DNA from: Anthoceros angustus
Lineage: Eukaryota; Plantae; Anthocerotophyta
Reading direction: 5' to 3'
Length of the DNA: 64,000 nt
NCBI GenBank assembly: GCA_010909165.1
Contig: MU008158.1
Location: 1 to 64,000, forward strand
Position numbers and translations under genes: made by a program. The notes beneath the pieces are model-generated. The model was not told the DNA's origin. It did no database searches and saw only the letters and a program-made list of their open reading frames with translations. The stretch's first letter is position 1. Each line of letters begins with the position of its first letter. Shown one piece after another: positions 12,521-26,431 of the stretch.

Positions 12521-12580
12521 AATAGTCTCGCCTCCTCCCAACAATCCTTGAAATGGGATCGCTCCTTGGAATTAGGATCG

Positions 12581-14756
12581 TATAAGGGTATTAAAGTTTC
12601 AATGTACTTAGACTAATACACTTAGTCTAAGTTAGGTGTCGCTATATCATTAGTTTAGTCAAGCTAATCACTATGAAGCTTCTTGCTCCTTCCTAGGGGC
12701 TTCCTCGTGGAGCTTCCTAGAGCCCATTGGAGGGTATAAATACCCTCCAAGCCTCATCTCAAAGTGAGAGAGCTACTCTTGCCTCCTCCTCTCTCTCCTC
12801 TTCCACCATCATGGCGATCCTTCAACCGGTATCGAGCATCAAGGCGGTTGATAACTGCGTAGTAATGCGGGAGCACATTCCTCCACCGATAGATGAACCA
12901 AGAGTCGAACAAGCACCTATAGGTGCACAGTGCTTTGAGGTCGAGGCGGGATTACGACCTCACGGTATGATCCATCTACGGATTATGTCATCTTGACAGT
13001 TGTGGGAACCCTCTTCTTACAAAGAGGCCATGTCAATGAGCAAGAGAAGTGGAGAAGGCCATGCGATCGAAATGAATTGTTGCATAAGAACCAAACTTGG
13101 GAGTTGGTTGGTTGCCTAGGGATAAGAAGGCACTAGTGCAAATGGGTGTACAAGATGAAGGTCATACCTCATGATGGCAAACCAAAGTACAAACACGATT
13201 GGTTGCTAAGGGTTTCAAGCAACAAGAGGCATTGACTTTGATGAGATTTTCTCACGATAGTCAAAATGACAACTGCGATGTGTTCTTGCTTTGGTTGCGG
13301 GGATGATATGGAACTTATGCGGATGGATGTCAAGGCGGCATTCTTGCATGGTGACCTTCAAGAGGGGCGTCTACATGCGGCGGAAGGTTTTGTTGAGAAG
13401 GGCAAAGAGCATGGTGGTTGAGGAAGAGCCTTTATGGTTTGAAACGGGCACCAGTGGTATCACAAGTTCCACTCATTTATGCTTTCTCAAGGCTACAAGC
13501 GTGGCGATGAGGATCATTGCCTCTATCTGAAAGCTAAGGATCAAAGCTTGCTCATTTTGATCCTCTATGTGGATGATATGCTAATTCTTTGGGAGCATCT
13601 TGATGAGATTTGTTGAAGTCAAAGTTGAATGCTCACTTTGAAAAGCGAGACTTGGGAGGCGAGCCATATACTTGGCATGCGTATTTCGGAGCAGACATAA
13701 GCGCGTCTTTATTTGTCTCGACGGAATACATTAGAGTGCTTCAACGTTTCAACATGGAAGGAAGCCATTGGGTACTCCATTGCCTCCATATGTGAAACTT
13801 TCAAGCGGATTGCCCAAGCTACGAGGAGGACAAAAATGAAATGGAGAAGGTCCCATACTCATCATCTGTAGGGAGTTTGATGTATGCAATGATTGCTACA
13901 CGTCACGACATTGCCTTTGCGATGGGGAGTGGTTAGTTATGTCAAACCAGCAAGAAGCATTGGGAGGCGATAAAAGGAGTTATGAGGTCTGAATGGTACA
14001 AAAGCTTTGTGCATATGTTTTGGTAGTGAAGATGCATGTGTGGTTGGGTACGATCTGATTATCGAGGATATGGACAAAAGGAGGTCCACATCGAGTTATG
14101 TCTTCATGTGCCTTTGGAGGCGATCTCATGGCGATCTCGTTTGCGATCGTGCATTCGCTATCTACCCGAGTATGTTGCGACAAGCGAGGCTTGCAAGGAA
14201 GCCATATGGCTTGCTCGTTTAGTGGGAGACTTGGGGATCAAGGTTCGCGGTGTTGCATTGTGATAGCAGTGCTATCAATTGGCAAGAATCCGATGTTTCA
14301 TGCGAAGACTAAACATGTGGATGTGAAGTATCACTTCATTCGAGAGGTGTTGGATGACAAGAGGTACAACTTGTCAAGGTTCACCACCCGAACCTAGATA
14401 TTCTTACCAAGGACTCTCTGACAATTTGCACAAGCTCGGACGATGGGCATGAGATAGTCCATTCTCTCTGAGGTAAATTGGCCTTTAAGTGGGAGGTTGT
14501 AAGGGTATTAAAGCCCAATGTACTTAGACTAATACACTTAGTCTAAGTTAGGTGTCGATTAAGTATCATTAGTTTTGAAGCTAATCACTAGGAAGCTTCT
14601 TGTGCTCCTTCCTAGGGGCTTCTTGTGGAGCTTCCTAGGGAGCCCTATTGGAGGGTATAAATACCCTCCAAGCCTCATCTCAATGTGAGAGAGCTACTCT
14701 TGCCTCCTCCTCTCCTCTCCTCTTTCCACCATCATGGGCTGCCACACGATCCTTCA
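12581..14756 (+). mobile_element. Internally deleted Ty1/copia element (LTR-PBS-RT-RNase H-PPT-LTR)
   Basis: LTRs at ~12581-12825 and 14498-14756. Degenerate PBS CGGTATCGAGC at ~12827 and PPT AAGTGGGAGG at ~14487. Decayed RT (LVAKGF, LYVDDML) and RNase H (KNPMFHAKTKHVDVKYHFIRE). No gag or integrase, and no matching TSD seen. Confidence 0.85.
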
Positions 14757-16044
14757 ATACAGTCCCTAAAATGGGACTATCTAGGGGTCAGCACCCACGC
14801 CTCAGCCTCTGAGAAAGGTCAGCAATGACAAACGGCACTCACACATCCGAAATTGAAACGTGAGTGTCAAATAAACGTGATCCTCCCCTCCCACTTTCTG
14901 ACCAAGCTGAGCCAGACACCTCGATGGTGGGATCTGTTCTCCTGTAAGAAACCAGCAAAAGTGAAAGGGCGCTCAATCCAAAATCCCCAAAATCGAAATG
15001 TTGGCAAAACGCAATCCTTTGCTCCGATCTTGGAATCAAACCAAAGTATCAAACCATGCTGTAGCCCTGAAATGGAGATCTTGAATGGCAAGGTCTGTCC
15101 TCCTCTCCCACAAGCTCTCTGCTGCAAAGATCGAAAAGGGATGAGAAAAGCGCTCGCTAGATCTTGAATTCCAGTGTATTTGGGAAAGCCCATGGATCAG
15201 GCCTGGATCTGGCCTCCTCTCTAGCACGCCATCACTGTAAGGAGCAAGGTGAAGGAATGCTCAAGACCTCGAAATCCCAGCTGAATCAGGAGCCACTGAG
15301 CGGATTGGGCCACAGTGAAGGTGTAATCCTTGCTGTGCTCCAGGCTCCAAAATGGCGTCGCCCCAGCTAGAGGAGGCGCCTCAAATGTCGCCACTCCGCC
15401 TTGGAGTGTCGCCCTTGAAGATTGAGTCTTGAAATAAAGGGATCCATTGCGCAATGGCGGAATCACGAGATTTCTTGAAGATTTCTTGGCCAGCCAGTTT
15501 GCGCTGGGAGCCTGTAAATCGAGCCTTGGCGCCTTGTAGGAAGCAGCTGAGCAAAACACAGATCTAATCGATCTTGGATTTTCCAGTTGCAAGGGTTCAC
15601 AAAGTGCTTTCCTCCCTAACTGGCGCTCACGATTTGAAGACTACCCTCTGTTCCTTGCCCCACGGTCCTCATTCAGCGCTCGCCATCATCTCCACGCTCC
15701 GCTCGATTCCCAGTGATGTTTGCGCCATGATGCGAAAGCAACCCTCACGCTTGGTGGTGCTCCTCCACGTTGATCGGTGCCTTGTTTGGGTTTGGGTCCA
15801 GTTTGGTTTCACACCTAAACTAAGTGGCTTTTCTAGCCTACCTAGTTATCCGTTCATAACGGATCTATTTCCTATAACTAGTATTTAAAGGAAATGAATC
15901 CTTGACTATGGGCCAATCAAAATAAAGGATATGTTTTCATGTCCTTGGTTAATGAAAATGCCTAACCAAAGCGTAGTATATAAAACCAAGCATACAGTTC
16001 ACATTCTTGCATGCATTTTAGTTCTTGTGTCTTGACATTGGGCG

Positions 16045-16215
16045 GTGGTCAATCCCGGGGCCCGGCCGTGGACGCCATTTCCCATGGCTGGATGGGGCCC
16101 CGGCCGTCCTGGTGTGGATCGCCATGTCCCATGGCTGGGGCCCTGCTATCCCTACTGGGACTACTATGTCCCATGGGTCGATCCCCGGCTGTCCGGCTGG
16201 GATCGCTATGTCCCA
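16045..16215. repeat. Short tandem repeat with GATCGC(C/T)ATGTCCCATG core
   Basis: Three to four related ~35-40 bp units. Confidence 0.65.
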
Positions 16216-16229
16216 TGTCCGACGGTCTT

Positions 16230-19200
16230 GGCAACCTCCGACCCGGTTCTTCGTCAGAAACCGTCGTCAGTGGCCTCAAGCCGTTCTCCGCCTCAGCGAA
16301 ATGAAGTCTGTGATTCGTGCTTGCTCGGCCTGGTCTCCACCTTGAAATCGAATTCTTGCAGCAGCAATACCCACCTAGCTATCCTTCCTGATAAATCTGG
16401 CTTGTTCACAAGGTACTTCAACGCGAAATGATCAACATGAAATGTCACCTTGCAAGCCAGCAAATAATGTCTAAACTTCTTATAGGAGTAGATGATACCA
16501 AGACCCTCTCATTCCGTGGTCGAGTAGTTCCTTTCAGCATCCGTGAGCTGCCTCCCAGCATAAAAAATCGGGTGATCTCGTTTCTTTTCATCCTTCTCAC
16601 TCGAGATGGTCCCAATGGCATAAGCGGACACATCCACATATACATGAAACGGCTTCTCCCAATCTGGGGGTTGTAACGTTGGAGCGCTCACCAAACTGTC
16701 CTTCAACTACTGAAAGGCCTCCTGCCTCGCGGTTGTCCATTCAAAGGGTACATCCTTCGTGGTCAACTGTGTTAACAAGGCTGCCTTCTTGGCGAAGTCC
16801 TTGATGAACCCCCTGTAATACCCTACTAGTCCTACAAAAGCTCGTACTTGCCTCACCGTTTGTGGGGCATCCATCTCGGCTATCACTGCTACTTTCTCCC
16901 TATCTACCTAATCCGCTTGACGGAGACTGACAAAGCAACAAATGCCCCTCCGTCATACCAAAATAACACTTCCTGATGAAGTTTCATGTTCGATTCCGAC
17001 TTCGGAAGCACTGTCTCAAATGGTCCAGATGCAGTTTCCTTTTCCCAAACATGCAAAAATCATCCAGGAATACCTCCATGAACTTCCGCAAGAAATCTCG
17101 GAATATAGCATTCACCACATCTTTGAAAAGTGGCGGGACACATAACCCAAGGGAGCTTCAACAAGCGTAGGTGCCCCAACTGCTGAATGTCGTCTTGTCT
17201 CCGGTCCTCCTTCCTCGAAATCGATTGACAGCCCCTGAGTATCCAGTGAAACTATACATCTCATGTCCGCCACCGTGTCCAAAGACATCGCCCATGAAGG
17301 GCAAGGGATGGTGATCCTTCTTTGTCGCTTCGTTGAGCTTCCTGAAATCTTGGCACAGCCGAACCTTTCCCTACTGCTTGCTGGGTACGATCACAATGGG
17401 AGCAACCCACTCACTAGTGAGTACCGGGTAAATTACCCTTGCCTCCAAATATTGGTCGAGTTGATCTTTAACGACCATGGAATACTTGGGGTTCAGTCTG
17501 TACTGCTTGATCCTCACTGGAGTGCTGCCCTCCTTCAAATCAATTCGGTGTATGCCCAGCTCCTCCGGAATCCCTGTCATGTCAGTAATCTTGAAGGCAA
17601 ACATCGACATACTCCCTAAGCACACTACGGAACTCCTCTTTCTCTCCTTCTCCTAGATACCTAGAAATCTTGACTACCTTGCTAGGCTCTAACTCTAAGT
17701 CTTCTACAGCATCGGGATCTACATACGTCCCCTCCGGACTGCTACCTGCACTAGTTCCAGATCCCTCCTCAGGAAAATCACGATCATAGGCCTTACCCCT
17801 CCAAAAGGCTACTCCTTCCCTATGTGCCTCATCCTCTGACTCCTCTACGACATCTTCTACGTGCAAGCAGGAATACACCAAATCACCCTTTATTTCGGTG
17901 ATCTCAACTAAGGGTCCCCGGTAGGCTCGATCACTGCCCGAAGAGCTCACCCACGTACTTCCTGAGGTGTACCCATCAAACTGGAGCGCGGACTCCCCTT
18001 CACAGGGTGCCTTGCTCCATGACACGAACGCGACCTCCACAGGCCTTACCCTACTTGACTTGAATGTGACGCCGCTACGACCGAAATCAAAGACACAAGC
18101 AGTACCATACAGCCAAGGCCTGCCTATCAAAACCTTGTAGCCTAAATCCAACATGGGCCTCATAACAATGTAGGTAAGGTGGAAGGTGAGACCTCCAATC
18201 ACAGTTGGTATGTTTCTCAACACTCCCAGTGGCTTCCTCCTTGTTTGGTCGGCCATCCGCAAAAACACTCAGGCTGGGTGAAACTCGGTGAACCCAAGCT
18301 GATGAGCTGTCTCCTCCATCATCAAGTTGACTCCCGATCCCAAATCCAATGGCACATTGGGCACCAAGCAACCTGCAATCTCAACTTCAATTTCGGGTGC
18401 CCCCAAATCAACGAGTTCGACCACGTTTACCTCCACTGGCTGCCTTCTCGTCCCCACAACCTCAAGGATTCCCCTGATCTCTTCCAATGGGAAACATGAG
18501 GGGAGGACCACGCTCCCTCCCGATATTAGCTGCGGGGCGGCGATGTCGAGGATGACAAGCTCACCCGATTCAAGGAAGAAGGTAGCGAGCTTGTTGACGA
18601 TCCGTCACAGATGGAGTCCCACCCGATGAGGGACCATGGATTCGAGATCTACCAATAAGGTCGGAATCGACCAACGCCGTCGGGAGGAAACCTTGTCGAT
18701 AAGATCTCCGCCAGACGCATTGCTGACCAAGAATTTGTGGTCGCTTCCTTACTGGGGAAGTCCAAGATCCGCCAGTAGGGTCGCCGCCTACCACCGTAGG
18801 GTGCCAAACTACCGCGGTAGTCTGTCTACCCGCCTCGGTAGGGTTGGTCCGTTCCTCTCGCTCCTCGAGCGGCTGGACGCCCCGCGTCTCCGAAGGCCAA
18901 GGTGAGTCATCCCTCACCTTCCTCCTCTTCCTCTCCTCTTGTTCGCGCCGCTTCTCCGACGTGCAGCCCTTCTCCCGCCGCCCGATGCGGTCACCTTGGC
19001 CACCAACAATCCTTCATCCGCCATCTCTCTTCGCATCTTCCCACAATCCTCGGCGTCACATTGGATCTCCGAGGAACTCGATTCGCTTCCACTTTCACCA
19101 CGGGCGTCGTGGTCACTGTAATCGCGGTTTTGGGGTTGGTCCGTGTTTCCTCCGCCACAGGCTCCGTGAACCTGACCCCTGGTCGCGCTGGTGTCACTTG

Positions 19201-21180
19201 CGCCACTCCCGAACACCTGGGATCCCCCATCTTATGCCCCAATTCCTTGCATACCTGACAAAAGAGCACATAACCCACTTGCTTTCGAGGTTCTGGGCAA
19301 TCATTTGAGAAGTGACCCGGTGCTCCGCAATTATAACAACATCCCTATGGAATTTCCATCGGCCTTTGTGATGAATCCGCCATGGCCTGGCGATGTCGGT
19401 CGTGATCCACCTCGAGGAACTGGTGTGGTAAGTCGCCTCATTGATTGAGGTGGCCGACTTCGGAGCTTGCACCGTAAGCTCTCATCCACATACCAATAGT
19501 CCCCAGGCATGACAGTTTCCAAATGATTTACAGCATGCCGTGTTGCGCGAATACATTCCCTGTTGGTGTGTCCCGTTTGATGATAAATTGAGCAATACAC
19601 CAACTGTCTCGCTGGTGAGGGAGACCTTCGTGGAGCTTGATTCTTCACCGCCTTGACCTCCAATTCGGTCAATCTCTTTGTTAAAGCCTCCACTTGTCCA
19701 GCAATTCCGCCTCCAGTGGCAGATGTCTTTCCTTTCTCCATTCGACGGACCGTCTTCCCTTTCCTCTCCTTCTCCAGGGCTCGTTCAGCCTCTTCTTGTC
19801 TTTTCTTGACCTTCTCCAAGTCCTTCCTCATTCGTCGCTCGTAGGCCTTCTCGGATTCCTCGTCCGATGTGGAGCTTTCTTGAGTTCCGTTGTCCTCACT
19901 TTCCGAGGAGGATGATGGCGACAAACTCGAGGAGCAGAGGAAGACAAGGAACTTGATCGCCTAGATCCTTTCCTCTTCTTATGACTTCGCCTCTTCTTCC
20001 TCTTTCTCCCCAGCTCGGCAGATTCCCATTCCTCAGCCAATCGGATGGCTCCAGCCAACGTCTTAGTCCTGCGTCTGCAGTGTATCTCCATTTTTCGGGA
20101 CAATCCGCTCACAAACCAATCCAACGCTTGTTCTTGTGAATACCCGGAGGTGGGTGGATCCTCCGCCTCTCGAGTGCACACTTCGGAACTCGATCCAGGT
20201 ATCCATAGAACCTCTCCACATAATCGAACAAGGATTCTCTCTTCTTCCTACGAAGGGTCCTTAGCCTCGCCAGAGTATGATGCACGTAACTGAGCCCTCG
20301 AAATCGATTCAAGAAGGCTGCCTTGAGAGCCTCCCAATCCGTCAGTGCCACCGTGTTATAGGTGCGTCCATACCATTGTTGTGCGTGCCCTCTCAGCAGT
20401 CCAGGAAAGATGCGCAGTCGATCGACGACTCCATCCTCCAAGTTGGCATGGGAGACGTGCTCGAAAGTCCGTACAAACGCCTCTGCGTCGTCTTCTCGCC
20501 GAATTTGACATATTATTGGCGACTGTGGAGTTGCGGCAGCCCGACTCCGCCCGCGGCTCCACTCATATTGCTCGTCTTGGCTGCTCCCGCTACTCCTATA
20601 CTTCTCCTTCCCTCGGTGGGCCAGAAAATCGATCGGGGTCTTTGGGTGTTGAAGTCCTGAACCAACCGAGGAGTAGCGACCTCCCCTGTTGTCCGTCCCA
20701 AAATCGAGTTGACATGCATGATCGAGGCGCCACCAGATCCTCGACCAAGCGAACTCCCCACTACTTACGACCTCGTCACCGGCTCAAAGTTGGGGTGGAC
20801 TCACCGCCTCGAGAGCTGCTGGAGGAAGGCCACGCCAAGTGCACGGGTCGAGAGGTGCCTCCTCCTCGCTCCTAGACACCAACTCCTCTTCCACAACCTC
20901 TTTCCTCTCGCTGTCGGTGAACTCCGCCTCTTCTTCCTCCGATCCGTCCTTCCGTTGACCACCGTCTTCTCCTTCGTTCGTTGAGGCAAAGGCGGCCTCC
21001 TCTACAAGTGCCCGTAACTCGTTCTCTTCCTGCTGTCAACGGGTGGCAACAGCGGCGGTCTCTTCTCTCAATTGATTTCTCCGCAAGCTCAGAATCTCTT
21101 GCAAGGATGCGGGGTGACCTTCTACGCTCTTCTTCCTCGGGTCTTCCCCACGGACATCTGCAAGCATCCTCATGACCCCC
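16230..21180 (-). mobile_element. Truncated non-chromoviral Ty3/gypsy element (gag-PR-RT-RH, no integrase)
   Basis: gag RIFPGLLRGHAQQWY, zinc-knuckle remnant CQVCKELGH, protease VPLDLGSGVN, RT IHRIDLKEGSTPVRIKQYRLNP and EWVAPIVIVP, RH YVDVSAYAIG and HPIFYAGRQLTDAERNYSTTE. It breaks off just after [11 protein letters not shown]. Confidence 0.9.
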
Positions 21181-21889
21181 AACCCATAGTTGTTAAGAAG
21201 GAAGCAACCCACACCCTTTAGTGTCTCATCCGTTCACCCCTATGACAGCTAGAAGGCGCAAAGTTCCTTCTTTACAACATATGGTCACTTTCTCAGTCCC
21301 TTCTCAAGCATGCTACAGTCTAGCGATGGAAACCACAAAACTTCAAACTTTCAAGAACAAATCCCGCAATGGCCAAAATGTGGAGGGAAAACTCCGGGCT
21401 TCCGAGGCTTCCCCTAGCGGCCACACTTATCCCACCTGCCGCTCACGCTGGGTTTTGTCCCATGAGACTTGTGTGAAAGATTGAGTCTTGTGGAAAACAA
21501 TCACCTAACAACACAACTTCTCAAATTTTCTAAACAAGCAAGGCGCCCTCTACTATCCCTCTTACAAAGAGTGCACCACTTGCACTGCTTCGGAAAATCA
21601 CCAATCCTCGACCTACAACGACAAACCAGTTGGTGTCCCGCCTTGGTAGCAAGGAGCCTATCATGGGTGCCCAGAGACCCCCTGATCCACACCGCAATTT
21701 CGTCCCTACTTCTAAGACCAATCTTCTCCACCTGTGGAGCGCCTCTTACTTGCATTTGGGATGGTCCCTTGGCTCTGTCAGGCCTTCCACTAACACCTAC
21801 ACTCTAATCCTCTACTCATCTCGCCTTCCTCCTATTCTAACCTCGCCTTACGCCGCTTTGAGTTGACACGCAGACGAGAACCTCGGAGT

Positions 21890-24800
21890 CATTCGTACTC
21901 ACCCTCCCTACGCTCGGCGATGAGAAGGCCATTCTCTCGACCGGCTTCGGCACAGCCACTCGCTCGGCCAGCACCCGCTCTCTCGGCGCTTATCTCTTCC
22001 CAAGCGCAAGCTTTGGCACCCTTCTTTCGCGAATCAACGCCGACGCGGGCGGAGCCAGGTATCGGAATTGTCCATCAAGCCACAACAGACTGGGCCGGCG
22101 ACGCGATTATGGGACCCAAGAAGGCGGAGGTCCGGGAACCATGGCGTCGTGGAGAAGAACATTACCAAGCGCCTACGGACTCCGGGCCTTGGTTGGAAGG
22201 CGGAGGAATTGGTGCGGATCGGGCACCTGACGCCTTCCAAGCATGGACGTTCGACAACAGCTGTTGGTCCGGGAGTACGCCCGGAAGATGTGGGCGGGCT
22301 AACAAAACCATCCGCCTCCAAGAGTCTCGAGGGAGGACTCAAGGAGGTGGACCGTGGAGGTCTCGCGGCGGTTTACAACCGCTGGTGGAAGAAATTGGGG
22401 TGGTGCCGTAACCCTTAAAGTGAAAGGAGGGGAAGCCGCCAAGGGCGCTTTTGAGGCCGGGACGCAGCTGTCCTTGAATGGTTGATGTCTGACCTATTGG
22501 ACCGAGTGGTGAGAGCGGTGGCGGAAAGTCATGGTGCATTGGAACATGCTCACCAAGGTGGATCACCGGTGACAATTTGTCGGTTTCCTCCACCCCCGCA
22601 GAGGGGGAAAAGAGTTGGACTGGGAAGGATCATCTTCGCCTCGGATAAAACCAGAGGCCAAGAAGTCGCTGGCAATGGTGAAGCCGCCACCATCTGGCTG
22701 CTGCCTATTGTCCACATTTGGGGACACCTCAACCTCCTAAAGGAAGGAGAAGAAGAGTGAGCGCTCAGGAAGGGGTTGGTAACCCTGACTGAATAGGAGC
22801 GGGAGGTGAGGGCCCAGGAACCGGAAGGACGGCCACTCAAGCCCAGGCGGACCCAGGAGGACGAGGACTGGGAAGGTATTCCGGACCATACGGCTGGAGC
22901 GGACCCCCTCGCCGCCCAAGGAAGTATGGGAAGAAATTCCCGCTTCCCTCCTCTTAGTCCCTTCGCCGGAACACCCCACGCCGAAGGCAACTACGACAGG
23001 GAGAGAGCTGGTGGTTGCTGGACCACCGGATCAGCAACCTGCCGAACCCTACAGGACCAGGAGGGAGGCGAAGAAGAGGAAGACGGCCCCCACCACTACG
23101 GCTCCCAGGACCACTTCGGAACCAAGGCGCCACCCCGTAGGGCAGGAGGAAGGGGCAACATGGTACTTGCCCCACAAGCTAGGAAGAAGACAGAATTTGG
23201 CCGGTTTGCCAACGGAGTGGCAGGGGGCCAAGGAGGCAGTGAGAAGAGCAGAACAGGACACGGCCCAGGGCGCGGGAGGACACTGGCAGCAACTCCACCC
23301 CGAGCCCGTTCTATCACCGACCAGGAGGGGAAAGCGAGCCAGCTCCCGGACTCCTTCACCGCCTCCGGACCCCAAATGAAGGCGGGCGGAGAAGGAGCTA
23401 GCGGCCAAGCGGGCCAAGGTGGTAGAGGCTCCGGACCAAAATACTCAGGACCTAAGGGTCCTGATTGGGTCCGGGGTCCCTAGTCCGGCCTCCGGATCAA
23501 GGTCCGTGGTCCTTAACGGACCAAGAGATACCCGCCTCACGTGACTCCGGTATCTCCCCGGCACTGGCCGTGGAAGAGACACAATGGTTCTCGTGAGCAC
23601 CATGGACTTGCTTTGGGGCTCTGCTGAACCAGCAGAGAAGGCCCAAGAAGTGGAGGCCACCGAAGGAGAATGGTGGAGCCTGTGGCCAGCGGAGGCGCCC
23701 AAGCGCCGTGGAGAAAGGCGGAGACCCCGCCAGAGTCGAGGAGGAGAAGCGGTCGGCCAAGTCGAGGCCAGTCCGCTCAACAGATAAAGGCAGTGCTTCA
23801 TTGGTGAATAAATAAGCACGCCAGAGGCCAAGCAAAGTGCAGGGACCTTGTAGGAGGAGAGGAGCGCCCAAGAGGAGGCAGGGAGGCAAGAAGGCAGGCG
23901 GAGAGGGCCAAGGACCTGGCCAAAACCGCTCGACAGGAGCAGCACCAAGCTTGGGAGGCACAGGTGAAGGGGGCGCGGGAGGCGGAGGCCTCGGCCAAGA
24001 TAGACAGGGACCACTATCGGCGAGATCGGAACCGGTGGAGGGAGGCGGCGGGAGTAGCCACGGCCAATCTGAACGCCGAGCAGGCAACGGCGGAGCAAGA
24101 ATGGGTAATCCATGAAGAGGAGAGGGAGGCCAAGCACGAGTGTGGACTCCGTGCACACCGCAGGATACGGAGGAACGCGCCAGGAGTCGGAGGACGGAAG
24201 GAGACCCCGAGCTACAACTTTGAGGAGCGGAACGTGATCTCAAGGAAGAATCGAGAGCCACGAGCGGGAGATAGAATGGCTCCACTGCTGAGGCGGAGGA
24301 AAGTCGACTGCCATAAAATAAGGAGCGTGACACGCCGAGTTGGAGAAGGACTTGGAGGAAGCTAGAGCCGGGCGGAGTTGCCGACCGCCTAGAAAGAGAT
24401 AAGGCGGGGTGGTTCTCTCGGCAAGAATGGACGCGGAGAGAGAGCTATGAGGGAAGAGTAGAAGCTGTTGGTCCGGCGGAAGGCGTATGGGAACGTTGCC
24501 ATGGCCGTGAAGTTGGTCGAGTCAGTAGGAAATACGGAGGAGGAGCATGCGTGCCAGTGAGAGGCTGCAGAAGTGGCGGAGGTGGCCTGGCAAACCTCGA
24601 GGACTCGTGCCGGATCTCGGGCGGACCTTGCAACGGAGATACAAAGACGCCACCCAACACGCCTAGTTGCTAGAGAACCGGAGGCGTGAATGGGTGTGCC
24701 CCGCCCATGTGGAGGAAGCCATCCAAAGAGGTCGACTGACCGCCTACTATCACGCCGGAGCTCCTCAAGGCGATGAAGATCGTGCCTCACACCCGATAGA

Positions 24801-25070
24801 TTGAAGGGCCACTGGAAGAGCCCAAGGAGGGAGAGATGAGGGCCCGCTGAGGCGCCACGGGAACTCGGCCTGGGACAGGAGCAGAGCGGGAAGGGAGCCT
24901 GACGAGAGGGATGCAGTGGACACCACCCGGCAAAAGGTAAGTCCGTCACAAGACCGCCTGGGAGGAAGGAGAGAGGGGTCCTCCGAGAAGGCCAAGTGGG
25001 AAGAGGGTCGGTGGTAATGGGATGGGAGGAGGTCCGTGGGCTGAGCCCCTCCGGAAAGACTCGGGTAAGG
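21890..25070 (+). pseudogene. Gypsy accessory ORF region downstream of integrase (frameshifted)
   Basis: MGPKKAEV N-terminal domain, DWEGIPD...RTPSPP, basic RREAKKRK and coiled-coil segments. Homologous to 32377-33540 and 44870-52000. Confidence 0.7.
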
Positions 25071-25208
25071 ATGCCTGTGAATCGAGACCGACTCCCCGAG
25101 GTCCGACTGAGTCGAGGACCACTGAGGTCCTGACTGAGTCGAGACCAACCCCGAGGTCCGGACTGAGGCTAGACCGACCTCAAGTCCGGACGCAGGAGGG
25201 GGGAGGGG

Positions 25209-26168
25209 TGAGTGAGGATCACCCCACCACCTAGTGCAGAGTGGGTTCCGAGTGGACCCACAGGGTAGGGACCCACCAGCGAGCCAAGAGGGGGTGAGGA
25301 GGAGGACCTGGTGGTCATCGCGATTGTCGCCGCCGCCAAGAGCGCAGTGAGTCTCGGAAGAGGGAGAGCCCGCATCGGATCATCCGACTGGGTGCGCCCG
25401 CACATTGCAGCTGGGCTGCCGCCAGGAGAAATCTGGCAACCCTAGCCCCACCGCCATAGACGAAGATAGAAAAGCTAGGGGAGATAGAGGGTCAGTTAGT
25501 ACACCGAAATGGACATCACCGTAATAGGAGGTAATAAAGACGCCCTCGTATGTAGTATAAGAGGTGCGCCGCCTAGTAAATCATCTTTCTTTTGGGGTTG
25601 ATACTGCCTTTGCAATCTTTGTGTGTCCTTCAAGAAGCGAGTCATGAGTCACCGAAAGCGTGCAAGACAACCTGAGAGACTAATCCAGTCCCGTGACGGA
25701 CCCTAACGTGGTGGTGGTGTGCAAAGCGCCGATTTGACTCAGGGACCCTTGTTCCTCCGTAATGGGGACCGACACGAACGACCGGCACGTGAGACTAGCG
25801 GAACTCCGGGAGGGGGTGCAGAGCCCGGACGGAGAGGCCTGGTTGAACGACGGCGGAGGTCCGTGGCCACCCAGGCCCACCCACGATTCCCAATTGGTAA
25901 TGTGTGTAGTGAGCTTGGTAGGAGAGACGGACTAGAAGAGACATAAGAAGGCAGAAACAACAACGAGTCCAAACGCGTCACACTGCTCGTCTGGGTGGAC
26001 GCTTAGGAGTGATTAGGGAGTAAAAATGATTGCGTTGGGGTCTCGGATAGAGAACCCGCCCCGACGAGGGGGCGAGAATCGGGCCACGAACGTGCAAAAC
26101 GGAACCAATCATTCCCTTTGGGAACGACGCAGAACGACACGTGATTGCGCGCTACCACCGCGGCTACA
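25209..26168 (+). repeat. Gypsy LTR (~960 bp)
   Basis: Preceded by purine tract GGAGGGGGGAGGGG then TG. Ends ...GCTACA and is followed by TTTTGGCGCC. AATAAA at 25533 and TATAA at 25556. Confidence 0.75.
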
Positions 26169-26171
26169 TTT

Positions 26172-26178
26172 TGGCGCC
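26172..26178 (+). other. Primer-binding site (TGGCGCC type)
   Basis: Lies 3 nt after the LTR end and upstream of gag. TGGCGCC PBSs are typical of Athila/Tat-related elements. Confidence 0.7.
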
Positions 26179-26431
26179 TGTCGAGAATGAAAGCGTTCCG
26201 TAGCATAGTACGAATGCGAGAGTGAATGCGTGGCGGACGAGAGGGGGTCAAAGACGAACCGCTGGGAGGGTCGGACGTCGTAACCTCACTTACCTATCTA
26301 CTGGAACCTTCCCGTTGGGCTCGCCGCCTTTCTCGTTCACGAGCACTCGTGGTGGAGTTGCGGATCACGAGGAGGGCGGAGTGCGAGGTCCGGCGGCGGA
26401 AATTGGCGGAGCAGTAAACTCGCAACCGACG

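Noticed and set aside
22300-25400. Many 100-280 aa ORFs on both strands of the GC-rich repeats (also 45400-52100)
   Set aside because: These are antisense or shifted shadow frames of the accessory ORF in stop-poor sequence.
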